Positions 1 through 7,858 of a stretch of 12,526 nucleotides of DNA are shown piece after piece. Source of the stretch: a virus; the IMG/VR virus record IMGVR_UViG_3300005936_000004. The stretch is one strand, 5' to 3'. The notes beneath the pieces are model-generated. The model searched no databases and was not told the DNA's origin. It worked only from the letters and a program-made list of their open reading frames with translations. Made by a program: the position numbers and the translations under genes. Position 1 is the first letter of the stretch; each line of letters starts with the position of its first letter.

Positions 1-120
1 ATGTTCCTAAAAATATAAAAGGAGAAATACAAGTTAATGTTCCCATAGGAATAGCAAATCCCTCAGCAGTAGATGAAAGTGTAAACATGCAAGTAATAGT
101 AAAAGTCTATCATTTTGACG
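1..120. repeat. Terminal direct repeat, left copy (circularisation overlap or terminal redundancy)
   Basis: Bases 1-120 are identical base for base to 12407-12526 by direct comparison. The repeat lies inside a continuous ORF. Confidence 0.95.
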
Positions 121-470
121 GTTCAACCGAAACTCAATTAGGAAGCACAGCAACAAGCACATTATATACCATAGGAAATTTAAACTCTGGAGGACTTGCA
201 AGAATGTCTGCAAACGCATTATTAAAAGTTACACAAGCAACAACTAAAAGATTTAAGGCAGGAGAAATATTAAGAGTAACTGTTGAAGGCTGGTTTGAAG
301 CAACAACTGGGGCAAATAGTTTAATAGCAGCAATAGGACTTGACCCCTCAAACAGACCAGACACAAAAGAACCATCAACAATTGCATCTAATAAATTAAG
401 ACCACAAATTATTGTAACAGGCCAACCAACAAGATTAAGTATAAACGTTCCATTTCAATTAGATATATAA
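1..470 (+). CDS. Same 234-aa ORF, 3' part (continues from 12172 across the junction; first full codon at 3)
   Basis: Mapping 12407 to position 1 puts codons at 3, 6, ... 87, the same frame as track ORF 87..470. Bases 3-86 translate without a stop (VPKNIKGEIQVNVPIGIANPSAVDESVN). Total length is 235+470=705 nt, or 234 aa. The protein is beta-rich with no motif I recognise. Confidence 0.7.
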   Translation, partial: VPKNIKGEIQVNVPIGIANPSAVDESVNMQVIVKVYHFDGSTETQLGSTATSTLYTIGNLNSGGLARMSANALLKVTQATTKRFKAGEILRVTVEGWFEATTGANSLIAAIGLDPSNRPDTKEPSTIASNKLRPQIIVTGQPTRLSINVPFQLDI

Positions 471-471
471 A

Positions 472-1572
472 ATGCCAGAAACAGAAATAAGCTCAGCAAG
501 TGAAAGTGATATTACAGGGATAGTCAAAGACGAACCTGTTAGTTCAAACACCCCCGATAGTGCAAGTGATTCAAAAGAAACAAAATGGCAGGATGATGAG
601 TTCTATGAAAGATTTGGTTATTACACAGACCCAAAAACTCCAGAGATAACTGCAGTGATTGATGCAAGAGCAACATGGACTGTTGGAAAAGGGTTTAAAG
701 CAGAACCCGCAGCAAAGTTTATCTTAGATGGGATTAGAGGAAATGGTTTTGATTCATTCAACACCATCCTAGAAAACGCAATGAGAACTATGCTGATTGG
801 TGGGAACTTCTACGCAGAGATTATAAGAGATGATTCTGGAAACTTGATTAATCTTAAACCATTAGACCCTGGAGTAATGTCTAATATTGCAGATAAGGAA
901 GGACAGATAATAAGATTTGAACAAAGCTCTAAAGTTAAAGGAAAGAAACCTAAAACCTTTGCAAGAGATAAAATATTTTATCTTCAAAGGAATAGGGTAT
1001 TAGATGAGATTCACGGGAGAGGTATTATTCAAAAACTTAAACTAATTCTTGATATGAAGACAGAAGCGATGCAAGACAGCAGAACAATCAATCATCAGTT
1101 CGCTTATCCAAAGTGGATAGTTCACTTAGACAGCGACGACGATACAAAGATAGCAGCGTTCAAACAAAAGTATGATGGAATAAATGAAAGCGGACAACCA
1201 ATAATTTACGTTCCTAAAGATATTGTAGTTCCAGAACTTGTTGCAGTTGCGCCAAATGCTTCAATCTCATTATTACCTTGGATAAATTATCTTGATAATC
1301 AATTCTATCAAACTGCTGGAACTCCAAAGATAATCGTAGGAGGTGGTTCAGAGTTCACAGAGAAAGCATCATCAATAGTTTATCTAGCCTTCCAACAGAA
1401 CACAGAAGAAGACCAGCTTTTTTTTGAAGAGCAAGTAGGTTTGCAATTAGGTTTGGAAATAAATTTAGAGTTCCCTGTAAGTTTGGAGAATGAATTGCTT
1501 AGCGATGAGAAGAAAGACCCAGACCCTACAACAGTTCAACCTAACGAAACAACCGCAGGAGCAGGACAATGA
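472..1572 (+). CDS. Putative portal protein
   Basis: 366 aa, located between the terminase block and the capsid block. Segments IHGRGIIQKLKLILDMKTEAMQDSRTINHQFAYPKWIV and FYQTAGTPKIIVGG resemble conserved stretches of HK97/SPP1-type portal proteins as I remember them. The C-terminal tail is acidic. No search was run. Confidence 0.65.
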   Translation: MPETEISSASESDITGIVKDEPVSSNTPDSASDSKETKWQDDEFYERFGYYTDPKTPEITAVIDARATWTVGKGFKAEPAAKFILDGIRGNGFDSFNTILENAMRTMLIGGNFYAEIIRDDSGNLINLKPLDPGVMSNIADKEGQIIRFEQSSKVKGKKPKTFARDKIFYLQRNRVLDEIHGRGIIQKLKLILDMKTEAMQDSRTINHQFAYPKWIVHLDSDDDTKIAAFKQKYDGINESGQPIIYVPKDIVVPELVAVAPNASISLLPWINYLDNQFYQTAGTPKIIVGGGSEFTEKASSIVYLAFQQNTEEDQLFFEEQVGLQLGLEINLEFPVSLENELLSDEKKDPDPTTVQPNETTAGAGQ

Positions 1573-1715
1573 AAATAAGTGATAGATTAATGATTATGGA
1601 AACTGATATTAAATGGATTAAGAAGATGTTGTATGTAACTCTGGGGGGAGTATTCGCAACCATAGGTTTTGAGAATAAAGAAATCTTAGCATTAATCGTA
1701 GGGGTGACAATATAA
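1569..1715 (+). CDS. Small hydrophobic protein (48 aa), translationally coupled
   Basis: The ATG overlaps the portal stop (ATGA at 1569-1572). Its TAA overlaps the next ATG (TAATG at 1713-1717). Translation is MKISDRLMIMETDIKWIKKMLYVTLGGVFATIGFENKEILALIVGVTI, with hydrophobic stretches. It is below the 60-aa track threshold. Confidence 0.5.
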   Translation: MKISDRLMIMETDIKWIKKMLYVTLGGVFATIGFENKEILALIVGVTI

Positions 1716-2956
1716 TGGGAACTGGATTTAGCACAACTAGCAGAAGAAAGAAAAAGAGTAGTGTAACACAGAAATCACCAACTCAAGAATCAACACCAAC
1801 TCCAATTAAGATAAGAAGCGACCAAGCACTTGTTAAGGAAAAGTTTGGAGATACTGTTGAAGGTATTGGTTCACCCGAGATTGAGAGAATAAGAAGAGGA
1901 GAAGCTGGAAGGGTATTTGAGGAACAAGTAAGAGGGGCAGACCCCGGGCAAAGACTTGCAGGAGCAGAGAACTTTCAAGCTAATTTTACCCCTGAACAGC
2001 AACAAAGAAGAGAGAACTTATTATCTGGAGCAGAAGGTTTTGAACAAGAAGCGTTTTTTAACCCACCCCCAAGAGTTGATTTATCACAGAGTGGGTTTGA
2101 ACCTAGACCAGAAGAAGAACAAGGACAAGAACAAGGAGCATTCAGACAAGCATTAAGAAATGTTACAAGGGGAGCGGAGGAATTAACTGGGCAAGCAGCA
2201 GCACAGAGAATTCTAAGTGGGGAAGCAAGTCAAGATGATTTCTTTGCAGTATTACCATTACCTGGAGGAATTACAGGAATAAAGGGGGCAATAGCTGCAA
2301 CAGGTTTAGCAAGATCCGCAAAAGTTGCAGCAAGATCCGCAAAAGTTGCAGGAGCAAAGGGGGCAATAGCTACAACAGGTTTAGCAAGACCCGCAAAAAA
2401 AGCAGCACAAGCAATAAAACCAGGACAGAGTTTAATTAAGAATTTCATAGATGTTGATACTCCAGCATTTAGGAAAGAGTTTGGATTAACAAATGAACAA
2501 ACAAGAGCATTAACAAAACAACTAGGGAATAGGAGAGTTAATGAGGTTGCAGACTTTCTAACCAAAGGAGCAAACCCACAAAAGACAATAGGGAAAAGAA
2601 TAGGTGATACTCTGAAAGCAAATAAAGGAACAATCGGATTAGCTGTGGGAGTTAGTGGAACCATGACATGGTTAGCATCAGATAATATTATTGGTGGAGT
2701 TACAATATTCTCAAATACAATAAGGGATGCAGTAACCTTTGGACAAATGTCTCCAGAGGAAGGATTAGCATCATTAGATTCAGCACAAGAATTTATAAAC
2801 GATGCAAAAACTTTTATCAATGTTAATACTGCCTTGAATCCAGTATTATGGCCTTCAAGAAATCTAGCACTAACAAACACAGAAGTCGCACAATTACAAA
2901 TAGATACAAATAAACTTTTAATGAATCAAAATGGAGGTCAAACAAATGGAAAATGA
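1715..2956 (+). CDS. Hypothetical structural-module protein with basic/disordered N-terminus and in-frame tandem repeats
   Basis: 413 aa. GGGGTGA lies 7 nt upstream of the ATG. The position between portal and scaffold-like genes is where minor head or internal proteins are commonly encoded. It contains the repeat GIKGAIAATGLARSAKVA / ARSAKVA / GAKGAIATTGLARPAKKA and a hydrophobic segment GTIGLAVGVSGTMTWL. Confidence 0.75.
   Translation: MGTGFSTTSRRKKKSSVTQKSPTQESTPTPIKIRSDQALVKEKFGDTVEGIGSPEIERIRRGEAGRVFEEQVRGADPGQRLAGAENFQANFTPEQQQRRENLLSGAEGFEQEAFFNPPPRVDLSQSGFEPRPEEEQGQEQGAFRQALRNVTRGAEELTGQAAAQRILSGEASQDDFFAVLPLPGGITGIKGAIAATGLARSAKVAARSAKVAGAKGAIATTGLARPAKKAAQAIKPGQSLIKNFIDVDTPAFRKEFGLTNEQTRALTKQLGNRRVNEVADFLTKGANPQKTIGKRIGDTLKANKGTIGLAVGVSGTMTWLASDNIIGGVTIFSNTIRDAVTFGQMSPEEGLASLDSAQEFINDAKTFINVNTALNPVLWPSRNLALTNTEVAQLQIDTNKLLMNQNGGQTNGK
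2281..2398 (+). repeat. Nested in-frame tandem repeats (43-nt unit repeated at 75-nt period; perfect 21-nt duplication inside)
   Basis: 2281-2323 and 2356-2398 differ at 2 positions. The unit gcaagatccgcaaaagttgca occurs back to back at 2309-2329 and 2330-2350. Confidence 0.9.
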
Positions 2957-3251
2957 ACAAACGTCGAATGAAGAAGGAGAAAAAACTCAGGGAGAAAGTA
3001 ATTCAACTCAAGAGGGAGAAGGTGAAGGAAAGAAAACGTTATCAAACTTAGACAGAGCAGACTTAAACGTTGAAGCTATGAAGAGAGAGAATGATAGAAA
3101 AGAAGAACTAATCACTCGAGAAGAAAACTTAGCTGCGAGAAAGATGGTCGGTGGAGAAGCAGAAGCTGGAAGCCCATCAAACGAACCTAAGAAAGAAACT
3201 AACTCTGAGTATGCTGAGAGAATCCAATCTGGAGGAGAATATGGAAAATAA
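2946..3251 (+). CDS. Acidic, charged protein; putative scaffolding protein
   Basis: I prefer the ATG at 2946 because GGAGGT (2933-2938) lies 7 nt upstream; the track start is 2931. The 101-aa product is rich in E/K/G/S, has a predicted helical charged core (DRADLNVEAMKRENDRKEELITREENLAARK), and lies upstream of the capsid gene block. Confidence 0.5.
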   Translation: MENEQTSNEEGEKTQGESNSTQEGEGEGKKTLSNLDRADLNVEAMKRENDRKEELITREENLAARKMVGGEAEAGSPSNEPKKETNSEYAERIQSGGEYGK

Positions 3252-3429
3252 AGAAACTAAAATCCCAAAAGATTTAGGGATAAAGATTGGAACACCTTTA
3301 GAAGTTCTATGGACTAATGTTAAAAAGCAAACTGAAAGCTTAATCGAAAAGATTGAGAATGATTTAATAATCAATAAAGAGTTATTGAAAGTTGCTAAAG
3401 ACAAAATTCTACTAGAGCAAAGGAAATAA
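3241..3429 (+). CDS. Hypothetical small helical protein (62 aa)
   Basis: I prefer the ATG at 3241, preceded by GGAGGA at 3231-3236, over the track start 3151, which would overlap the previous gene by about 100 nt. Translation is MENKETKIPKDLGIKIGTPLEVLWTNVKKQTESLIEKIENDLIINKELLKVAKDKILLEQRK. Confidence 0.5.
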   Translation: MENKETKIPKDLGIKIGTPLEVLWTNVKKQTESLIEKIENDLIINKELLKVAKDKILLEQRK

Positions 3430-3435
3430 CAAAGG

Positions 3436-3443
3436 TTTAAATA
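3436..3443 (+). promoter_or_regulatory. Candidate archaeal-type TATA box (TTTAAATA) for the capsid operon
   Basis: TTTAAATA ends 21 nt before the ATG at 3465. No Shine-Dalgarno motif lies in between. The geometry matches the boxes at 7836 and 9669. Confidence 0.5.
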
Positions 3444-3464
3444 TATCAATGCTTAGTGGTAACC

Positions 3465-3869
3465 ATGGCAAACGAAACTACTCTAATGGTTGAGACTGAA
3501 TTACCTATCAATTTTAAATGTGCTGATGGAGCTGGTATTGCAAAAGGTGCTATTCTTAAACTAACTGAATCAATGACTGCTATAATTACAAGCGGACAAA
3601 ATGATAAAGTTGCTGGAATCGCAGCAGAAGAGAAGATTGCAAACGATGGTAAAGTTACTATTAAAGTTTATATGGGTGGAATATTCAAAGGTGTTGCTGG
3701 AGCAGCAGTTAATGTTGGAGCTGCATTAATGACTGATGCAACTGCTAATAAGATTGAAACTGCAACTACTGGAACTGGAGCAAGTGGAATAGGATATGCT
3801 TTAGAAGCGCCTTCTGGAGATGGGCAGACTTTTATATTTAGATTACAAATTGGAGGTTCAGTTTCTTAA
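3465..3869 (+). CDS. DUF2190-like small beta protein (putative head decoration/cement-type protein)
   Basis: 134 aa from the ATG at 3465; the track start 3456 is a GTG. The pattern VAGIAAEEKIANDGKVTIKVYMGGIFKGVAGAAVNVGAAL...IGYALEAPSGDGQTFIFRL matches my recollection of the DUF2190 family. That family is typically encoded immediately upstream of HK97-fold capsid genes. Confidence 0.6.
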   Translation: MANETTLMVETELPINFKCADGAGIAKGAILKLTESMTAIITSGQNDKVAGIAAEEKIANDGKVTIKVYMGGIFKGVAGAAVNVGAALMTDATANKIETATTGTGASGIGYALEAPSGDGQTFIFRLQIGGSVS

Positions 3870-4778
3870 ATGGCAGACACAGCTGGTGAAGCAGATATTA
3901 GAGGAATTGACATCGACAAGTTAGCAAAGGGTTTTGCAGATTTAGAACCTAATGTGATTAAGAGTTTTGTAAGTTCAACTCCAACTAAAGCAAGGGAAAT
4001 GAGATGGTTTCAAAAGACTTCTGGATTTATCGACACAGCTACAACTGACGACACAGCTGGTTCTTTAATCTCAAACACTTCTGGCGGAAGACCTTTTGTT
4101 GCAGAGCAAAGTTGGACTAGAAATACATCTTACGTTAAAGAGTTCTTTGTTGAATCTCCAATGTTGTCTAACTCTGATTTGAAAGATAATGATGTAGACT
4201 TATTGACTACAACTATCAGAGACTTAGTTCGTTCTGTTCAAAGAAAAGTAGGATTGAGAATGTTTGAAATCTTATTTAATTGTTCAGCCGCTACTCCAAC
4301 ACAACCACTAACAGGAACTACAACTGTTCAAACAACAGCTTCTACTGATGGATGGGATATAGTCGCAAATGCAAATCCAATCCTAGATATTCTTAACGGG
4401 CAAATGAAAATAAGACAGCAAGGTTATGATGCTGGTAAAGCAATAATCGCTATGAACTCAATAGAGCATAAGTTCTTAATCAGTTATTTAATAAATACTA
4501 AAGGTTCAAGTATCCCTAGTTTCTCAACTGAGAAATTAAGAAGTGGTGTAGTTATGGAAATATTAGGAAACAGCGTTATAGTAGATGAAATATTTACAAC
4601 TGATTGGGTTTACCAATGGGTGCCAAATAGGGCCGCTACATGGAGAAGTTTTACTCCTCTAACATCTGCTAAGATAGTAGAACCTCTAATCGGCGCAAAG
4701 ATTAGAGTTAAAGAAGAAGGAGAGCTTATTCTACACGACCCAAACGCAGTCCATGTTATTTCTGATACAATAGGATAA
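3870..4778 (+). CDS. Putative major capsid protein (HK97-like fold)
   Basis: 302 aa, starting directly after the DUF2190-like gene stop (TAA then ATG), with GGAGGT at 3852-3857. Size, position downstream of the scaffold-like and decoration-like genes, and a T/S/N-rich beta composition fit small N4-gp56/E-like capsid proteins. The call rests on context plus overall look, not a verified alignment. Confidence 0.7.
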   Translation: MADTAGEADIRGIDIDKLAKGFADLEPNVIKSFVSSTPTKAREMRWFQKTSGFIDTATTDDTAGSLISNTSGGRPFVAEQSWTRNTSYVKEFFVESPMLSNSDLKDNDVDLLTTTIRDLVRSVQRKVGLRMFEILFNCSAATPTQPLTGTTTVQTTASTDGWDIVANANPILDILNGQMKIRQQGYDAGKAIIAMNSIEHKFLISYLINTKGSSIPSFSTEKLRSGVVMEILGNSVIVDEIFTTDWVYQWVPNRAATWRSFTPLTSAKIVEPLIGAKIRVKEEGELILHDPNAVHVISDTIG

Positions 4779-4779
4779 A

Positions 4780-5040
4780 ATGACAAAACAAAATAGAGAA
4801 ACTGCATACAAACATTTTAGAGATTTAGAAACTAATTACACAGCGTTATCACATTTAGATAAAGGTATGACTTCAACTGTTAATTTAAGAGCAAGAGCTA
4901 AAGCTAATGCTGAAGCTTTGTTATTAAGAAATCCAGAACTCGCGCAACTTAACGAAAAAGATAATAAAACTCCAATTACAAAAGAAAATCAATCGCCCAA
5001 AACTGATTCTAAGGAGAAAGTTAAAGATGTCAGTAGATAA
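4780..5040 (+). CDS. Hypothetical protein (86 aa), helical N-half and Lys-rich tail
   Basis: The ORF starts 1 nt after the capsid stop. No motif recognised. Confidence 0.6.
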   Translation: MTKQNRETAYKHFRDLETNYTALSHLDKGMTSTVNLRARAKANAEALLLRNPELAQLNEKDNKTPITKENQSPKTDSKEKVKDVSR

Positions 5041-5209
5041 TTTAAAGAACTTAAGTCAGACTAAGTTTGCAGTTACTAATTTTACAGAAGACTATACTTT
5101 AGATTGTAATGCAGAGGCAGGCGCTACAGCTTTGGCTGATGTTGTAGGAACTTTAATTAGAGACCTAATTGCTAAAGGTATTATCAATCCAGCGGGAACG
5201 GTGGCATAA
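5027..5209 (+). CDS. Hypothetical protein (60 aa)
   Basis: AAGGAG at 5011-5016 lies 10 nt upstream of the ATG. The gene overlaps the previous one by 14 nt. Its TAA (5207-5209) abuts the LamG reading frame. Confidence 0.6.
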   Translation: MSVDNLKNLSQTKFAVTNFTEDYTLDCNAEAGATALADVVGTLIRDLIAKGIINPAGTVA

Positions 5210-6027
5210 TAGCAGCTGGAGATATTAAAACTGTTGTAGCAGATAGGTTTGAACACAAACCCGCAGTTGTTCTTGATGGTGTTGATGATTATGTTTTAGC
5301 TGATGCTCATGCTGTTGCAAGAGTTGCAGCAGGAGATACTGTTGGAACTTATAGCGCATGGGTAATGGTTGATAAATTAGCAGGAGTTGATACAATATTA
5401 AGTGTAGGAGATAATAATTCTACAACAGAAGGTTTAGTTTTTAATATTGATACAAATGGAAAATTAAGAGCCATCTTAGAGTTTGGTGCAGCAGAACAAT
5501 GGGATATCGCAGAAACAGGACAATCAATTAAACCAAATGTATGGACTCATGTTACTTTGGTTCAAAATGGAACACCTCAAATGTATATTAATGGAAAAAA
5601 GATTGTAATAACAGCTTCAACAACCACAGCTTTATCTGCATGGTATAACATTTTAGCTAACTGTGATAAATTTGCAATTGGAGTTGAAGAAACAAATGCA
5701 ACACACATAAACGATTATGGGGGAGCAATAGGAGAAGTAAAATATTGGAATAAAGCTTTAACTGCAGATGAAATATATAATGATTTTCAAGGAAATGTTT
5801 TAAGTGATGATGGAACTTATTTACAATTAGATATTAACATGGATGGAGATGTTACAGATGCAGGACTTGGAGCTGATGATGGAACTCTTGTAGGTAACGC
5901 ATATCTTGACCCAGAATTTGCACAATTAACTTCTAAACTAAGAGTAATGGGCCCAGTAGTTGCTGATAATTTCTCAATAGCAGCAACACAAGGAAGCATA
6001 CATGCAGTAGTTGTTAAAGCAGCGTAA
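5209..6027 (+). CDS. LamG / concanavalin A-like lectin domain protein, apparently starting at a non-ATG codon (ATA at 5209)
   Basis: The track ORF starts at M 5365, but the same frame is open from 5176. It encodes the typical N-terminal LamG strand (PAVVLDGVDDYVLADAHAVARVAAGDTVGTYSAWVMVDKL) before that Met. Downstream motifs WTHVTLVQNGTPQMYINGKK and GAIGEVKYWNKALTADEI are classic Laminin_G_3 features. No ATG, GTG or TTG occurs in frame between 5176 and 5364. Confidence 0.7.
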   Translation: MAAGDIKTVVADRFEHKPAVVLDGVDDYVLADAHAVARVAAGDTVGTYSAWVMVDKLAGVDTILSVGDNNSTTEGLVFNIDTNGKLRAILEFGAAEQWDIAETGQSIKPNVWTHVTLVQNGTPQMYINGKKIVITASTTTALSAWYNILANCDKFAIGVEETNATHINDYGGAIGEVKYWNKALTADEIYNDFQGNVLSDDGTYLQLDINMDGDVTDAGLGADDGTLVGNAYLDPEFAQLTSKLRVMGPVVADNFSIAATQGSIHAVVVKAA

Positions 6028-6036
6028 AATATATTA
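6027..6036 (+). promoter_or_regulatory. Weak candidate TATA-like box (AAATATATTA) upstream of the 6059 ORF
   Basis: This AT-rich box ends 22 nt before the ATG at 6059, the same spacing as the stronger boxes. The sequence is less canonical. Confidence 0.3.
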
Positions 6037-6058
6037 AGTCCTATTGGTAAGTAATTCT

Positions 6059-6223
6059 ATGGCAAATACTATAAGCGAGAAAGAACTAAAAACTAATTGG
6101 CCTAATGAGGAAGGTTTAACTGCAAGAACACAGAAACAAACTGGCAGACAAATGAACCTTCTACCCGAGGGATTGAATGGGATTAAGACTGTTATTCTGG
6201 AAAGAGATAAGGAGTTAATGTAA
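6059..6223 (+). CDS. Small hypothetical protein (54 aa), coupled to the fibre-like gene
   Basis: Translation is MANTISEKELKTNWPNEEGLTARTQKQTGRQMNLLPEGLNGIKTVILERDKELM. Its TAA overlaps the ATG at 6223 (TAATG). It is below the track threshold. Confidence 0.5.
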   Translation: MANTISEKELKTNWPNEEGLTARTQKQTGRQMNLLPEGLNGIKTVILERDKELM

Positions 6224-7668
6224 TGGCAAGACCACCAAGTGCTGATAGTATTATTAGAAATGCTAAACAAGCTGAGCGTAAGATTGAAACTCATGCAAAT
6301 ATTGCGAGTGGGATGATTCTACCAAATAATTCTGGTGACCACACTAAAGGGATTAAGAGAGATGTGCCAATCAATGATTATGATTTAGTTAACAAAAAAT
6401 ATGTTGATGATGAAATAGGCTCAGACCATCCACATCAAGATGTTCAAACAACTGCTTCTCCAACATTTGTGAAGATTGATGGAGGAGAAGGGTATTTTTA
6501 TGATGGAACTAACAGTGTTGGTTTAACAGATAGCACTAACGCAATAACTTCTTACGGAGATGTTGTGTTTAATAATGGAGATATTAAACAACCATCAGAT
6601 ACTTCAAGACATTATTTTGGTTTAAGTGATGATGCTTATATAGAATTTGATGGAAGCAAAATGAATATAATTGCTAACGCAGTTACTGCTACAGATGATA
6701 TGTATTTACAAGCAGATGGTCATTATTTTACTACAACTGCTAATACAGATATTTTCTTATGGTTTGTTGGAACCTCACATACTGGTTTAATGAAATGGGA
6801 TGAAAGTGCAGACACATTTCAATTTAATGATAAGGTTAGATTAGTTAGCGATTTATGGACTCAAGGTAATGCTGGTTTTGGAAGAGCTGTTGCTTCTAAT
6901 AATAGAGTATCTATTCAACATAATACTGCAGTAACTGGTTCAACACAAATAGCTACAAATTCACAAATAGTTTATGGAGCAGGTAGTGCTTCTAATTCTG
7001 CTGTGGCTCATTATGCTTTATTTTCAGATTTTTCAACAAGTGCTACATATTCAGGAAATATGACTAATAACGTTTATGGATATTCAGGTGTTTTAAATCA
7101 TTATGGAAGTGGAGATTTAGCAAAAGCAAAAGGTATGAGTTTTCAAATTAACAACAGAAATACAGGGAATTTAGCAAGTCCTCAAACTATGGTAATAAAA
7201 GCAACTTCAAATTTAGGAGCTGGTTCAGTAACCGGTAGTCCAGTAGGTTTATATTTAGAAGAACAAACATTAGGGACAACTCCATGGCAAGTTTATTCTG
7301 TTGCTGGAAATTGGAATTTAGGAACTGGAAATTTAGAAACTACTGGAAGAATATCAACAGGACAATCAACTTTTTCAACAACAGGACCAACAGATAATGT
7401 GGATGTTTCAGGGATTAATTCTTTACTGATTGACGCTTCAAGTAACACCGTAACCATTGGAGGTTTTACTGGTGGAGTAGCTGGACAAATTTTACATATT
7501 GTATTAATCGATTCAACTAACCATTTAATATTAGAGAATGAAGAAGGAAGCGCGTATCAAGATTTAATTATGCATCAGGGAACTGATGAAGAAATTGACA
7601 AGGGTGGAGTAACTATGGTTTGTGATGGAACAGATTGGTTTGATTGTTCACATGCTAAACACGCATAA
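6223..7668 (+). CDS. Putative tail-fibre / receptor-binding-like protein
   Basis: 481 aa with AAGGAG 8 nt upstream. The N-terminal motif DYDLVNKKYVDDEI resembles the D-x-V-N-K-x-YVD motif common in phage fibre and spike N-termini. The rest is G/N/S/T-rich, repetitive beta-type sequence. It is the last gene of the structural block. Confidence 0.5.
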   Translation: MARPPSADSIIRNAKQAERKIETHANIASGMILPNNSGDHTKGIKRDVPINDYDLVNKKYVDDEIGSDHPHQDVQTTASPTFVKIDGGEGYFYDGTNSVGLTDSTNAITSYGDVVFNNGDIKQPSDTSRHYFGLSDDAYIEFDGSKMNIIANAVTATDDMYLQADGHYFTTTANTDIFLWFVGTSHTGLMKWDESADTFQFNDKVRLVSDLWTQGNAGFGRAVASNNRVSIQHNTAVTGSTQIATNSQIVYGAGSASNSAVAHYALFSDFSTSATYSGNMTNNVYGYSGVLNHYGSGDLAKAKGMSFQINNRNTGNLASPQTMVIKATSNLGAGSVTGSPVGLYLEEQTLGTTPWQVYSVAGNWNLGTGNLETTGRISTGQSTFSTTGPTDNVDVSGINSLLIDASSNTVTIGGFTGGVAGQILHIVLIDSTNHLILENEEGSAYQDLIMHQGTDEEIDKGGVTMVCDGTDWFDCSHAKHA

Positions 7669-7713
7669 ATTTATAAAACTAAAAATAATCCCACCCCCAC
7701 GATTAAAAACGTT

Positions 7714-7733
7714 CTTTCCTTTGGGAAGTTTTT
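7714..7733 (+). terminator. Hairpin plus T5 tract, candidate terminator of the structural operon
   Basis: ctttcc (7714-7719) pairs with gggaag (7723-7728) including one G-U, with a 3-nt loop, and is followed by ttttt (7729-7733). It lies 46 nt after the fibre stop. Confidence 0.45.
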
Positions 7734-7830
7734 ACTCGCCCCCCCTATGTCATATATTACGCATGGGCTAGTGTTCCATAAAAAATGAGAGAGTTACAGC
7801 GTCGGTGTTAAAGGTTATAGTCTATCACCG

Positions 7831-7843
7831 ATATGTTTATATA
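7831..7843 (+). promoter_or_regulatory. Candidate archaeal-type promoter (ATATGTTTATATA)
   Basis: TTTATATA (7836-7843) ends 21 nt before the ATG at 7865. 12 of 13 positions are identical to the element at 9664-9676. There is no SD upstream of 7865. Confidence 0.55.
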
Positions 7844-7858
7844 GTTGTTGTTGTTGTT
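7844..7858. repeat. (GTT)5 microsatellite between TATA box and start codon
   Basis: gttgttgttgttgtt, read directly from the sequence. Confidence 0.9.

Noticed and set aside
1-120. The terminal repeat as a mobile-element terminal repeat or LTR
   Set aside because: It is a direct copy of internal coding sequence that restores one continuous ORF when the ends are joined. That is the signature of a circular or permuted genome linearised arbitrarily, not of element boundaries.
1956-2156. 66-aa + strand ORF in an alternative frame inside the 413-aa gene
   Set aside because: It is fully nested in a longer ORF with a good SD and coupling. It has no independent signals and a Lys/Asn-rich low-complexity translation.
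2230-2880. 216-aa ORF on the minus strand
   Set aside because: It lies entirely antisense to the 413-aa + strand gene. The + strand is rich in GCA/GGA/AAA-type codons whose complements avoid stops. The translation is low-complexity hydrophobic sequence, with no start context or promoter, and every well-supported gene is on the + strand.
5194-5200. Programmed -1 frameshift at G-GGA-ACG joining the 60-aa ORF to the LamG domain
   Set aside because: It is not a canonical X-XXY-YYZ heptamer, because the A-site codon cannot re-pair. I saw no obvious downstream stimulatory hairpin. The TAATA-versus-TAATG explanation is simpler. I keep it as an alternative under the LamG finding rather than as a call.
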